This document shows, piece after piece, positions 37,190 to 50,700 of a stretch of 64,000 bases of DNA. Source of the stretch: Phoronis australis (taxonomy: Eukaryota > Animalia > Phoronida); assembly GCA_002633005.1 (NCBI GenBank), contig NMRA01000098.1, positions 347,598-411,597 of the forward strand, in the 5' to 3' direction. The position numbers and the translations under genes are program-made. A model generated the notes under the pieces. That model was given only the letters and a program-made list of their open reading frames with translations. It was not told the DNA's origin and ran no database searches. Position 1 is the first letter of the stretch, and every line of letters begins with the position of its first letter.

Positions 37190-37929
37190 CAGGTCAAATG
37201 ACTAACACCAAAGCATAGTTTTTTTGTTTTGGAACTTAAATAGATTTTAAGTAATTCAATTCTTGATAGTGAAGACGTTCAGTTACCTTAAAGGCATAGG
37301 CGAGGCGTGTGCCCCGCACAAGAACCACATGAAAAGGCGCAAGACATTGCCACATATTACAAGCCAAGCCCGTGAACACATTGACTTCTTTTACGACATT
37401 CTTGCACATACAGAGCTCGGCCACAGATTCTGCACTGCACAAATGTACGAACACATAAAAACTTGTAATGGAAGCGTCACCTGAGTTATCGGACGAGCTG
37501 GTGACTTCAGACATGGAATAAGATGACCACAATCATAGATTATAGTGACTGTTGCCGCAGCCACCACTAACACCCAACTAATGGCAGCCGAGTCTGTTTA
37601 TGATGTTACATGGTGGGAATCTACTAGGTTGTCTATTTACAGAATGCGCTGTTAGTTATCCAATTGGCCCGAGGAGGTTTGTCTATCGCGTATTTGACAT
37701 GTCAAATGATATGTTTTCCATTTATCTTGCTCCTCTAGCACACACACCTAGGTAGAATGCATTGCTAGTCAGCTATAGCATTGGTGTGAGGTCAATGTAT
37801 GCATACCATGTATGCAACTTCTCAAATCACAATTTACGGAACCTCAATCCAACTGCTTTAAACCCTCTCCAAGAGCAAACACCCAGGTAGCAATCTCCAG
37901 CAAGCATATAAGGCACTAGTCGTTTTAAA

Positions 37930-38597
37930 TTAAATATAATCTATACGTGAAATCTCATCCTTGCTTACTACCATGCTAGTTCGACCATTATCTAAGGCTG
38001 AAAAATGCGTCCTCAAATGATCAAGAGCATTCTTTGTCCTAACGTGTTCTTCACGCTCTGTTTCAAAACTTCTGGTCATTTCCTCAAGTCTGTCTAATAC
38101 AAATTCAATCTCTTTGTCGTAAATTAGTTTGATTTCATCCTCTCTCATTGTTCTATCATGTAGATACTCCTCGTTCATCTTACTCAGTTGATTAGTCAAT
38201 TTCCGATGCTCCATTCTCAACTGTTCCATTTTCATTCTTAAATCTTGATGTTCCAGCATTTCCTGAGCACGCAACGTCTTGACTTCAGTCAAATTTTGAC
38301 TCAGGTTTGCCACCCTTGTTTGCGCTCCTTCCAGCTCGTTGCCGTATGTCTCGCACTGAATTGTCAGCCTCTGATTGGCTTTAATCGCCTCACTAAGTTT
38401 GCAAGTTCTTGTCTTAAGATCCTTTTCAAGATTCCAACATTTCTCATGAGAGATTGCGAGTTGCTCATTCAAGTCCTGAATGATAAACTTGTACTTGGAG
38501 TTTTGCTCCCTTGCCGTTTTGAATACCTCACGAAGAACATTGATTTCTGTGGAGTTCCATATGGCTGACTTGTCCAGATCTTTAATGTCCACATTTC
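37930..38597 (-). CDS. CCDC160: CCDC160-like coiled-coil protein, exon 2
   Basis: TTTTTCGTAG|GA acceptor (phase 1). Heptad-rich, and EDEIKLIYDKEI...EREEHVRTKNALDHLRTHFS parallels CCDC160 KEEMKSYYELEM...[20 protein letters not shown]. Confidence 0.8.
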
Positions 38598-38847
38598 CTA
38601 CGAAAAATTGCATTTTTTGATAAATGACCACTCAGACATTGGCAGCCAACTTTTATACACAACTGAGGAGGCTTTAATTGACCTATTGGAGGCTGTTTTG
38701 AAATTTCTGGCACTGATAAAACCATTGCAAAAGTGCTGCCAGGTTGCTACTCATTGACTGAAAGCACCAGTACATTGCAACTTTAAAACCAGCATGAATA
38801 GTCCTTGAGCAAAGGTAATGAAATGTAACATAGAGATAGATATTCAC

Positions 38848-39130
38848 CTGGAATTCCGTCCTGCTGCACTGTCAAACTACAGGATGGAGAGTCTTCATCA
38901 GCTTTTGATACCTGAGCCCTTTCTTCCTCTTCTTTCTGAATAATGCTTCTAAGGTACACACGCTCATACACGTTTTTGATTGCACTGACATCTAGTGGTG
39001 ATACTGAACATGGAAGTTTCTTCTCATTACGTGCAACTTCCAAGTCCCTGATAAAGTTGTCCCAGGAGAAGGCAAAGGTTGGTGGGAATAAATCCTCCAC
39101 CCACTTCCCAGCGTTGTCTGCGGTCTCCAT
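38848..39130 (-). CDS. CCDC160: CCDC160-like protein, coding exon 1
   Basis: METADNAGKWVEDLFPPTF resembles the CCDC160 N-terminal HW.E.MF.P.F motif. Donor CAG|GTGAAT (phase 1). An acceptor lies 2 nt before the ATG. Joined CDS is 951 nt. Confidence 0.8.
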
Positions 39131-40175
39131 TTCTGTAAAAAAATAAGCAAGTCTATGATTTCAAAGCAGTTATAAACCAAGTTTTGACCAAGAAGCAATC
39201 ATTTGATTCACATAACTTACTGCTTTAAAATTGGTCTAAACGTGCTCCTTACTCATATGAGAAGTGATTGCTGGGTTTGCTAAGAACTGACACTTCATTA
39301 CTCCTAAAGACCATGCTCAGCAGTATGCCGCACTATGACAAGCCAATGTGTAGTCAGGTCTGGAGCAATAATGAACTGCCAGTTCTTTTGAAGCCCAGAA
39401 AACACTTGAAACTTGACCAAGGATTAAGGAACAATACGAAATCAATTTCATAATGGTAAGTGGTCAAAAATTGATTTTTGTGATGGAGAGGTTAATAACC
39501 ACTTCAACACATTTGATACATTACGTTGTTTAACTTATCAAATTAATTGTCAGTCTGCATACGGTAATGCTAATTTATTCCTTCTAATAAATTTAATGTG
39601 TATTTACTAAATTTTGCTATGCTTGTCAGATGTGCAGATGTTCTATAGTGCAAGTAATTGGCACATCTCATTCAAGATTCTAACAATTTGTGCAGCCAGA
39701 AAAATCTTCAAAAAATATGCACAGCGCATGTTTCCAGAAACAATAATTCACCAGCAGTGTAAAATAACCAGTTGTCAAACTGAATGAAGGACTGATCGAA
39801 AAACGTTCGTGAGTATGTTCGAGACCTAACGTGCCCTTCTATGCGCAAAAGATATTAATAGCAAAACGACTTTGATGGTTTAATCAGTGTGAGGCATAAT
39901 TCGCTGAAAGGCTTCTGCCGTATGGAGGGCTTATGGGATGACTATACCATCTCTACTGAGAAGAGCTGAGTCAACGGTGCAGTCTAACTGACTAGTGTAC
40001 AAGTACGTGTCTTTCGTTTGGCCAAACTTCACCACAGCTATGCCACTTGTTAACTGATGTCCGATCTAGACAACTGCATCGCTCTGTAATGCCGCAGACA
40101 TACAGGGGCACCCCAACAAAAAGTTACTGGTCTTCAAATAGTAAGTGAATGTAATATGCATATTTACACATCGAG

Positions 40176-40533
40176 TTATAATTAACACATACAATTACAC
40201 TGGATACAATTTAGTCCACATAGTTTGAACATATCCATAAAACCTGTCTTGGTTCACTCTAGCTTCTCTCACTGGGTGCCATTTTGAGGAAGTTACGAGA
40301 AATTATGCTTGTTGACAAACAATAAGTCCAAGAGACACAAATCATACAAATTACACCTGACATCTTCCCGTGCTATATTTTGCAAGTGTCACACACTTGG
40401 CTCAGTTTCGCGTGACTGTCCCCGACAAGACATCAGTTGAAATACTTTGTGGATATCGCGTGCAGTGAAAAGTTAACGGCAACCAAAAAGTGGAGTTGTA
40501 ATTCTTTGTCAAAGTCATCTTAATTCCCATAGA
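40176..40533 (+). repeat. Dispersed repeat, copy 2 (homologous to 17145-17585, without the 20-bp tandem)
   Basis: Same conserved blocks in the same order. Confidence 0.8.
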
Positions 40534-41168
40534 CCATGCATGACGTGCTTCATCAAAGATAAGTATATAACCAGTAAGAATTACTGAAGAATGTAAGCAG
40601 GCCTTCATGCAGCAGACATCCTGAGCACCCATTTGGACACCCTAGCATTAATCTGGAAGTCCTGGTGAGGATGCCCAATGTATCATTTGGAGGCCCACTG
40701 TCAGTCAGAAGTTCTCCAGTTTGGACACCCACATTGTAAGATTACTATGACTCCCAGTTAATGAAAGATGGCGACTGTTCAAAAGAGAAGTTGTTCCTTT
40801 CAACTAGGAAATAAATAAATATACAATGTATAGAAAATGTTGCAATGTTCAAACTATTTTGGAAGTATTTAGAAGACCTGTCAATCATTAGCAGGTGTTT
40901 GGTTGCCAGAGTTTATACCACTGCAGTCTTTACTTGCAGTGCTCTTATATAGGACTGCAATTCAGTACTTTAAAAAGGGACAACAACCTTGGTTAACTCC
41001 AAACTGGTGTTTCAGAGCTGTAGTTTCATGTTTTACATCTTTTTTGAAAACATCAAAAGTGAAATAAAAGTCATTTTAATAATTAATATATTGTGCCACA
41101 AGAATATCCCTGCTTAAAATGTTCGAATTTGCGCCAGTTTCATGCTTTTCTATGTGCATCTTAATATG

Positions 41169-41730
41169 CTCGCTGGTTCCCTACGTGCCTAGCCAGCACG
41201 CAGGTATCACGCAGTAGCACTCGCTATAACATTGGTTGGTGTAACCTCGGCAGTCATTGGTTAGTTTTACAACAACTTGAAAAATGGCAGACTATAAATG
41301 ATTTTTAGCCTTGTCATGCAAGTGGCGTAGCAGCAACTATAATAGCCGCGTGCTTGAAGCACAAACATGTACAATAAACACACATCTGACCGATTTAACC
41401 GGTGCGGAGTTATTCATACTTTATGAATACAGGACAGTATCGAAAACTAAAGTCATCGACAGTAGAAAGATGCACTCCGAAAAGGCGCAACCACAATTTC
41501 TGGGATTCAGAATTCCAGAACATAAATTTTAAGCAATGATATGTCTGCACAACAGACCACATTTACACTTGCTCCATCAGTCATGCCAGTTTGTTTGCGT
41601 AAAGTGCTGCTTGTTTAGAATTTCACCAGTCAATCAAAAATGCCAGTGTAAAAAAAATTTCCCGAGGAAAATGAAGTGATATCTGCGTGCTGCCTACCGA
41701 CCACCTAGTGGCACGCAAGGAACCAGCTAG
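41169..41730. mobile_element. MITE with 21-bp TIR and 9-bp flanking duplication (Mutator-like)
   Basis: CTCGCTGGTTCCCTACGTGCC versus GGCACGCAAGGAACCAGCTAG. CTTAATATG at 41160-41168 and 41731-41739. Confidence 0.8.
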
Positions 41731-44039
41731 CTTAATATGGAGCAACAGTGACACCTGTTGCTAAAATATAAACCACATATCACCTGTGCATTTTTGTTGT
41801 GTTGGTACTGTAACTGCATTTTTGATGAATAAAACAATGAGATACATATAACTAGAGTTGAAGTCACGTGGTTTTCGTTGAGCTGAGGGGTCCGCCATCT
41901 TGATGATGATCCATGTTAGTGGAGATGCGTGTGTACTGTGTAGTACCTAGGAACCAATATTGGTAACAACACGAGATTCAAAGTAAAAACTCATAGTTTT
42001 TGTTGGTATCATCAAGTGCAAACTAGGATTTTTTTGAAGATCATCCAAGAAAACCATGGCATGCTTGAGCACAGAATTAAAGGGTCTTTAGTTATAGCAG
42101 AAAAAATAAAAAATAAAGTTTGATTTCTAGTATAAAGATGGAGTGCACGTATGGTACCAGTACGGTACAGTAACTGTGTACCTGCTAGACATTTCCCTTT
42201 TACTGTCATGGCGTGATCATGATATTTTGAAACAAATATATTTTGAAATAAATCAAAACTTTGTTTGAAATGGTTACAGAATCTCAATGTGTTGTTTCTG
42301 TGAGAACATTTTTCTTTTCTTTCTCATCCTGGATGGCCAATAATATGGAAGTGTGCTTGTTATTTACAGAAAAAAAACGGCGATTCCCCACATCATGGTC
42401 GCATAAACGGGGTACATTGAGTGGTGTAAAAATTAATATTGGTAAAAATTAATAATGCGAACGCCTTTTTAAAACTCTAGTTCCGCAGCGTGTCAAGTTG
42501 TTTTACAGCAGAGTCTATAACACAACATTTTGAACAGTGAGACCATGTCGTTTCAAACTGTATAAGTTACCAGTTCACCACGCTAAGATGAATTAGGTAC
42601 TAGCACAAGTAATACCAGGAAGTGGTTATCTCTTCCTGGTAATACTAGATAGTTAAAGAAAAGTAGCGTATCACTGAAGTAATTTTCCTTGAGACATCTC
42701 AGCACCCCTAACATGCGTTTTATTTTTTGAAAAAAACGTCTGCATATTAATTTAATCATTACTCCTTGGTATAACGTGAACTAGACAATTCCAATCACCT
42801 TTCGGGAAATTGGGTCTGTGCAAATGCATACATCGACCTCCGGCTTTGGCCACCCAAGCAGTGGTGCACACACGGGTAACCGAAGTGTACACTATATGTG
42901 CGTGCCTGCATATTGCTCATCAATTTCCATGGGTTTCTATTAATTTTTTTCTACTTTGTGTTCAAGTGTTTCACACAAACGCATGCCTCAAATCTTTTTG
43001 TTAGAATAATTCAAGTGGTGTCATATCAAGGAATTTTTAGACCATTCTAAAAATTTTGGGAATGCAGTGACGGTGACGTAATGGCTCCCCGGAGAGCGAC
43101 CCCCTTGACAGCTGATCATCTTGTCGGTTTATAAACAACCGGAACTGAAAAATAGGTACTATACAATTATATCGAGGAAAAAGGTTAATCACTGTATAAT
43201 ACCATTTTCAAAACTTTATACATTTCAGTGATTGTCTTTTCGACTGAGCCCGCAAAATCTCCCAGGCCCTAGCAGCACTTTGTGAGAATTTCAGCCAAAA
43301 CATGTTGAAAACATTAGGAATTTTGTCTTTGCAATGGCTTATATGACTGTTTAAGCGATGCGTGGGTCACAGGTTTACATTGCTTTATGTTACCAATATT
43401 TTAGAACCTCGTTAGTATCTAAAATTTCAAATTTTATTCTGAAAATTCCCCGGCTTCCACAAGACCACCCTGCTTTTGTTTACACAGCGTTCATCATCAA
43501 TATGGCGGACCGCGTGCCACGCGCTGTCTGGCTTGCGTGAGTATGGACGTGTCGTCTAGTCTTATACATACAGCTCATTTGAATAAAGCTAGTTAAGATG
43601 ATACATCGACACAAAGCTGTATATTAAGAATACAGCTTTGCCTTTCTACCAAGGCTAGCCGCGGAGGGGCTACGTGTTGCGATCGAAAACTGGTGCCTGC
43701 GCGTTATATCACCCTTGTACATTTATGAATTGATACTCCGCTGGAGAAGACAGAGCGACCAGAATGAGGGAGAGAGTGTTAACTTACTTACGACACGAAG
43801 AGGAAAAAAACAAGCAAAAAAACAGCAAGAAAAACATAAGAAAAAATCAACTTCCGCCTCTGGCATTCCGTTTTTTACGATTTTAAGTTTCAATTCAAAA
43901 GCCCAAAACAAGCTGCATACAGAGCTAACGGAAAACGTCAATGTCCAATAACCTTCAACAATACGAAAACCGTTTCCAGTTACCAGAGGAGCCGGGGCTT
44001 CGCAACCATGATCAAGCACGGCGTCACTGTTTCTCTTCG

Positions 44040-44110
44040 TTCAAATGTTGATAGATCATGTGACTTGCGTCCTCTTTATTGGTTTAGAAATTTACATGGC
44101 ATGCGCAGTG
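44040..44110. promoter_or_regulatory. Candidate bidirectional promoter (CCDC160-like / glycogenin)
   Basis: TCATGTGAC E/M-box 44056-44064, ATTGG 44078-44082 and NRF1-like GGCATGCGCA 44098-44107. These lie between a minus-strand donor (GTAAGT, 43791) and the + strand ATG at 44145. Confidence 0.5.
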
Positions 44111-44144
44111 GCTTTCCAAGTTTAGATGCGACTGTCGGGGCGAG

Positions 44145-44160
44145 ATGAGTGGAAGTCAAG
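44145..44160 (+). CDS. GYG1: Glycogenin first coding micro-exon (MSGSQ, phase 1)
   Basis: ATGAGTGGAAGTCAAG|GTTAGT. The phase matches exon 2, and glycogenin genes typically start with a very short coding exon. Confidence 0.65.
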
Positions 44161-46035
44161 GTTAGTCCCAGTAATTATAATTCTGCTAATTAGTCTTCGC
44201 AATAACTTCAGCGAATTTATGGACACGGTCCAAAAACCGCTAGAGCTCAGCTAACCTATTGCCTATTTCGTGAAAAGTGTTATAAGAGTACAGGTTCAGT
44301 ACGCTACCAAACATTTGGCTAAGCAAGACTGATAACACTCAGCAGTGCAGTTCACACATGTGCTGCTAGGCGGCGACACATCCTACTGTGCCCTATTTGC
44401 CTTGGCACATCACCTCAGTTTGTAAATAATGAATAGTCAGTGGCTGTTTTCAGACACTCTTGAGTAGGTAACTACTTGGAACACAGGTTTGCCTACATTT
44501 TACGAATTATAATGGTACCTGGCGGTGGTAGTTGCAAGGCCTACATAAACCAAAATATGTTACGTGGAGTAACACCAACTGCTTACAAACGGACATTGAA
44601 AAAGTCGATTGTTGTAGTCGGCAGAATATGTGGAAATATCAACATGTTTCCAATGTCTTATTCCCCACGCCATTTTATCAACAGTACATTTGCTGTAAAG
44701 TTAATGTGGTGATTAGAGAAAAAGACGATCGACAACAGTTATCTTACTAAGCTACTTTTTACTTGGACATGTCATCTGCAAACGAGAGTAATCTTCAAGG
44801 GTTTCTTCTGGCAGAAGTGGAAACAGACGCTAGAATCTTACTTGAAAGTGGCTTTTTTAAAAGCAATATCCCATAAATTTGGAATTTCAAACTTGACTTG
44901 TGAAGGAAATGTGAACAGAACAGAAGATGTGCAAAATGTTATAATCCTTGTATATTTTGAAGCAACTGGGAAGGTAGCACATCCCAAATTTCTCTGAAAA
45001 CCGTTGGTCTTGAAAACTATTAGCAAAGCCATTACAAATGAACAGCGCTAGTTTCAGAATGTGTTTGCCAGAAGATGTTCTGCAAATTAGTGTTCGATCA
45101 CCCTGGCTAAACCGTCAAAGTCATGTCACTAAAAATATTATTCAAGTGCAGAGGTTGTTCTCAAGATGTCTTCATATACTTCCAATTCAAATCGGTAAAT
45201 AAAACAACAAGTCTAGAATGGATCAACTGAAATTTGAAATTTTCGGAGGTAACAACTTCCTTTATCAACAAAAACAGAAATTAAGTATTCAAACAAATAT
45301 TTATGGAATCAAGGTTTCTTTCCGACCTGTCCATTTGTTATGTTGTAAGGGACATTGCATAGATGAAAAAATACTTGTGGACTCAATGCCAATATATATT
45401 GGATTAACACGTGGAACGCATGTGGCTATAGTGAGCATGTGCAAGACAGTAGACTAATAACAGGTGGTGTCTGCTAGAACTACCGATTACACTCAACAAA
45501 AACAACTGACTTAAACATACCGTAATTGCACTCAGGTTCTGATGTGCAGATAAGAAAAGAGCACGCATCACATCGTCATGTACCCAGTGGGATGCAATGT
45601 GGATTGTGTTTTTACCCATGCGTTGGGCCACTTTGTTACTGAGACGTTTTCTTCAGTGATGCTACTCTATATTGCAGCATCATGTATACTGGTGTAAGTG
45701 AGCAAACTGGAGGCATTTTGCAATGAACAGGGACGGCCAAATGTATGATTGGGATGAGCTTTGACTGGGAGAGGGTGAGGAATTTTTTCAGTGAACAGTA
45801 GACCATGGTCCCGGTTTGTATGTCCCCATGAGAGTATACCATATCTGTTCATCCTGAAATATGATGTGTGCCTAGTGTATATATCTATTTCAGAAATATT
45901 TTAGGGCTAATTATGACGGCTGTCATCCCCGCCTTGCGTTACCTGCTGTATCTCTATGCATGTTTGTGGAATTTTACAAACATGTTCCTATCATGGATGG
46001 GACGACACAAGCAACTTTTTGGATGGTTATGACTA

Positions 46036-46740
46036 TTATTGAGCCCGCTAAGTGTCATTGCTATCTTCTATGGCTATGTCTACAGAGTTTCTTGACAGTT
46101 TTTCATGACATTTTTAGGATGTCTAGTATGGAGATGACATCAAATTTTCAGATGGATATATTCTGTGCTAACTGGAGTCTGATTGTTTTTATTGTTGTTT
46201 GATGTACGTCTCTATCTGCCTAACCACTCAAAGAATTGTTATGAAAATTGGCAGTTGTGTTTCCAGGTTTGAGGACCTAGATGTTAATTTCCGACTACTG
46301 TAGTGTCCCCTAATTTTTGTCTTGCATCCGCAGCTCTATCTCTTAAAGTCCTTGTATGATCTTTGTAAAAATTAGCTAGTGTGTTTCTTTGAATATGAAA
46401 ATGGATGAATAGTTAATTCTTTCAGACCGATCCGAATGCTGCCGTGCCCCCTGATGACGATTTTATTTTTTTACGTTTTGACTACATATCTTCAGATTTT
46501 TTTTACAGATTTTCATGAATGACTGATTTTCGAATAGTTAGGAGAGTACAACTGATGAGGATTTTAGGACAAATCTGACTACTGTACTTAGGATGGATTT
46601 GACCTTGGTTGTGTCCCCTAGTAGCTTTTTATTACCATATTTTTATGCCTGTTCTTTGTTGTCTTCTTGCCTGTCTTCCAAACTGCTTAAATGAATCATG
46701 GTCAATGGTGGCGGGCTCTTGAAGAGAGTCTTGCTAGGTT
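46036..46740 (+). mobile_element. HINE/Helentron-like non-autonomous element (tentative)
   Basis: Subterminal inverted pair GAGCCCGC (46041-46048) / GCGGGCTC (46711-46718), a 3' stem-loop ending CTAG, and degenerate internal repeats (TATCT...ATGAAAATTGG-like). Confidence 0.45.
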
Positions 46741-48989
46741 TGCTTTGCTCTCTCCAGAGACTATTTTAAGTATTGCTGCCTTTACTGGGAATGTTTAAAG
46801 TGTTCCCTTGTATATCTATGCATGAGGTGCGTACATGTCAATGCTCCCTCTTGTCTGCTAATGATTAGCTGCTTTATTGTACAAATTATTTAAGCCCGCC
46901 TTTTTCCTCTCCTGCCATTTTTTCTCTCATTTTTTTTCTCTCGTGATTTATATGCAGTGGCTTGAACCGCAGAGCAGACTGTCACACTAGCCTTTCTTCA
47001 AAGTTTATTCATACCTTCTGAAAGGTGTCTGCAAGTCACTCTGGTTGTGGTAAAGTCAATTTACAATCTCCCAGCAAGTTACTCAATTGGTCTGTTACTC
47101 AACTTGCAATTGGCATGCATCACTGCTGGTCACCACCACAAGATTGGGTGTAGCATTTTGAATTTTAGACTCTGCTGTCAAGTTCATGGTCGCGAAAATG
47201 TTTGAAAGCTTTTTCTTTACTTAAGCCCATGAAGGTGACAGTCGAAGAAGGAATATCTTCGAACCCTGCGATCGCAGCCTTGTCAAATGCTCATAAGGTC
47301 ACCCAATTTCTTCACTCTCTTCACTTATCAATCTCTCCCTCATTGCTAGTGTCGTGGTAATACTCAACTGAGAAACTGTCATTACCAGCAGATCATTTGT
47401 ATCTCAGGATAAGTCTGATTTTTTACTCTCCCGATTGAGAAAATGTGAGGGTAGAGACTTACAAGAAGGATTATGGATACTGCCCTCTGTCAACTTGGTG
47501 CTGTTTGGCTGAAAATATACTTGATGCTTTTTGGTTTGCAAGTCTTAGAGATCAGTGTGTACCACTACCAAATTAGACCTTGTTATGTAACTGTTTATTA
47601 GTCTTCCTGTTGTTAAATAATTTGCAAGCAATATCATTTTGCAGCTAAACTGTCTTTCTGACTGGTTCACATGTATTTATTTACTTTCCATTTTCTAACC
47701 ATTCCTTTTTCATAGTTGCCATTTTCTAAGAAAACATTGTCGTTGGCCTGAAGTGCGACATTGACTGAAATTTGAAACCATCCCTCCAGTTTTGACAAAG
47801 GTCAGATGCATTCAGTTTCATTCAGATATATTTATCCAGTCTTTCATCATATGTTGGTCATGAATGTATAATTATGTATTATCAATCTTATGTTTGGCTG
47901 TCAAACAGGCACAGTACTTTTGATAGTAGTTCACAGATAAATGAGAACAGTTTGATGCAATTTGAACATGCCAGTACATTTAACTTATAATGATCAAAAC
48001 AGGATTTATTTCTTAACTTTGGTGTCAGACTTTGATAAGTCTCCAGGTGCTTTCCAATTACTGGCAAAATTTCTTTTACTGAAGTTTTGATAAGTGGAAA
48101 AGGTAATCGCTAGTTAATCTGCAAGCGAAATTTCGCTGAAAATAGTAGGACTTAAAAGCAAAGCTTCGGTACTCACCGAAACTTCGGTATAGACGGGAAC
48201 AATCAGAGAGAAGCTTCGTTGAAGTTATTGCTAGAGGTTGCCGCAATGATATGCGATCACCTGTGACTCGCAAAACATGTTCTTTGTTATTACAGCGTAA
48301 CCAATGTGCTCTCAATAGAGGCACGTAAGTAAATAAAAGAAAGCATATCTGATGAGGAATGACATTGATTATTTTTATAAACAGTCGTAAATGGCATAAC
48401 AATTTTCAGTTGGCTTTGAAACCACTTCATAATATTCATTTGAGAGTACGAATGAATTGCGTTGTCTAGTGTCTTAACGATAATTTCGATATCGCTTTCT
48501 AGTCTGACAGGTAGGCGAAGTTTCGGTGAAGCTTTGGTAAAATTTCAATTAATGGGAAAGTACCATTTATCATCTAGAGCATTGTTCATTCCAGTTGTCA
48601 CTCTTTCAATAGTTTCAATTATTATGTAATCTTTACCCAGTCACATGAGCTGTTTTTAGGGGAACAGTTGTCATGGTGCGAGTTGTCATTCCACATCTTG
48701 CTCCATTTTAGTCGCATTTACAAGACATCGATTGGATCGTAAACTGGATCAGCATGAGTCATTTACTCAAGGACTGTCTGCTCAGGCTTGCAAAAACAAT
48801 GCCGAATTTCCAAACCACCTGGAAATACTACGGTCGAAATCACCCATTATACAGTGTTGCGCAAGTGTAACAGAGATGATACCTTTCTCCTTGCCCCAGT
48901 TGTGTTTAGATGTGTAGTTGAAACTAGAGCAACTGATCTAGCGCAACTTGCTCTACCTATCAGACGAGTGTCAAAAATGGTTGCTGCGA

Positions 48990-49135
48990 AGTCAGTCTGC
49001 TCTGTGTCAGTTGTGTTCACACATACACTCTTGTGTCAAGTCAGTCTGCTCTGTGTCAATTGTGTTCACACATACACTCTTGTGTCAAGTCAGTCTGCTC
49101 TGTGTCAATTGTGTTCACACATACACTCTTGTGTC
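48990..49135. repeat. Tandem repeat, 3 x 49 bp
   Basis: Unit AGTCAGTCTGCTCTGTGTCA(G/A)TTGTGTTCACACATACACTCTTGTGTCA starts at 48990, 49039 and 49088. Confidence 0.95.
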
Positions 49136-50558
49136 CGATCAGCTGTTCCGTTTTAGTTGCTGTGTGACAACTGTCTCTTGTGTTAATGTGACTATGGACA
49201 GTTATAACTGATGAAATCTTAGTTTGTGGCTTTTGTACTACTTGGTAGTTGGGATGCTATTACTTTCCTGTACACCCTCAGGTAGTGCCTCGATGCACCA
49301 TTATTTCCAGATGTGGCTTTTTTCGTTTTCATTTTTTGCAGCTGAATTCGGGGTAAATGGAGTAGTATATTCAAAAGTAAAGAATACCTTTTTGAAAACA
49401 TGACTTTGTTACTTGAATAAAATATCTGTGTCACCTGCTGATTTCTGAACAGTTGGTTTTGACAACATTGCACTCAGCTATCAGCTCAAAATAACATTGA
49501 GATGACAGCTCTCCATCGCCGTGAGATTAGGACTTGTTTTTTATTTTGATTGATTCAAAATAAACTGAAACAGTACCTTTATCAAGAAATCTACCATCAG
49601 AATTTTAATTTCTTATGAAATTGATGTGAAACTGAAAGCATGCAGTTTCAACTACTTTCAGTGGTTTCTTAGAAATTCACAGCATGCTTGACCTATATTG
49701 CCATCTGACTTTTATTTGGCTGTTACTCAAACTTTATTGTCTGATAATTTTCTTTAAGACTTGTGCTGTTCTGAGCCATACAATTTTACTTTCCCCCAAT
49801 GGCCCCAGAGTTTCTGAAGTTCTATTGCCTGGATTGCTGTATGGTCAGTGTGTTGCTGAGAATCATCATGTTCTTACATTAGCAACTGCAATAAAATCTA
49901 ATCAATTTAGGACACAGCATGGTAGACTAGTGAAAATCCATTTTCTCATTTTTTTTCATAAATCAGTTGCCTTTCCATGCTCAAACTGAGTCACAAAAGT
50001 GGTAAAGTTTTACTGTAGCTGCCTCCTCTAATATAAAGCATGGGCCATGAAGATGGTTTGTGTATGGTGGTGGCTAAAAAAATGTGAGCATGCTTGACTG
50101 TCGCCAACAGTTACCCCACAGTTTTTCCTACCACCCACTTGGTTCAATCATTGTACTCACAATGGATTCACAACCCTACCATACATTGCACTTAGTACAG
50201 GGATTCAGTTGTTCTTATAATTTAGTTGCGGGCAGGGGAAAACAGTACATAAAGCGTTATTTCTGACTTATGATGTTCTGAAGTAAGCCAAATTTGTGGA
50301 CACTTTCCTAGGTTCCTACTACAAACCCTTAAGCAAATATGGGTGTTATGCATGTTTTTTTTTCTGAATTTTGAGTCAGATTTAGGTGATAAGTTATTCC
50401 ATCAAACCTTGGAATGCACATTTGAATTCAGTTTTTAGTCTAGAATCAGTATGCTTACGTGCTCATTGACATTTAGGAATGTCTGCATGTGTTAGGACTG
50501 TCTGTGTATAACTAAGTAACTAAACAACCAACCAGTACCTGGCTGTGACTCATTTCAG

Positions 50559-50700
50559 TTTTTCACGAGGCCTTTGTGACGTTGACGACGAGCGATGCCT
50601 ACGCCTTGGGATGTCTGGTTCTGGCGCACTCGCTAAAACGTGTACAGACAACAAGGCAGTTGGTCGTCATGGTTACATCAGGAGTGTCACAGACAATGAG
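50559..50700 (+). CDS. GYG1: Glycogenin exon 2
   Basis: CATTTCAG| to GAG|GTAAGG. Encodes [39 protein letters not shown]. Confidence 0.93.

Noticed and set aside
43502-43542. ATGGCGGAC...GC|GTGAGT as glycogenin first exon
   Set aside because: It is phase 2, incompatible with the phase-1 exon at 50559. 44145-44160 fits. It may simply be a YY1-like motif.
48990-49135. CRISPR-like array (also considered for 3447-3665 and 53172-53246)
   Set aside because: Units are contiguous with no unique spacers, there are no cas genes, and the context is eukaryotic.
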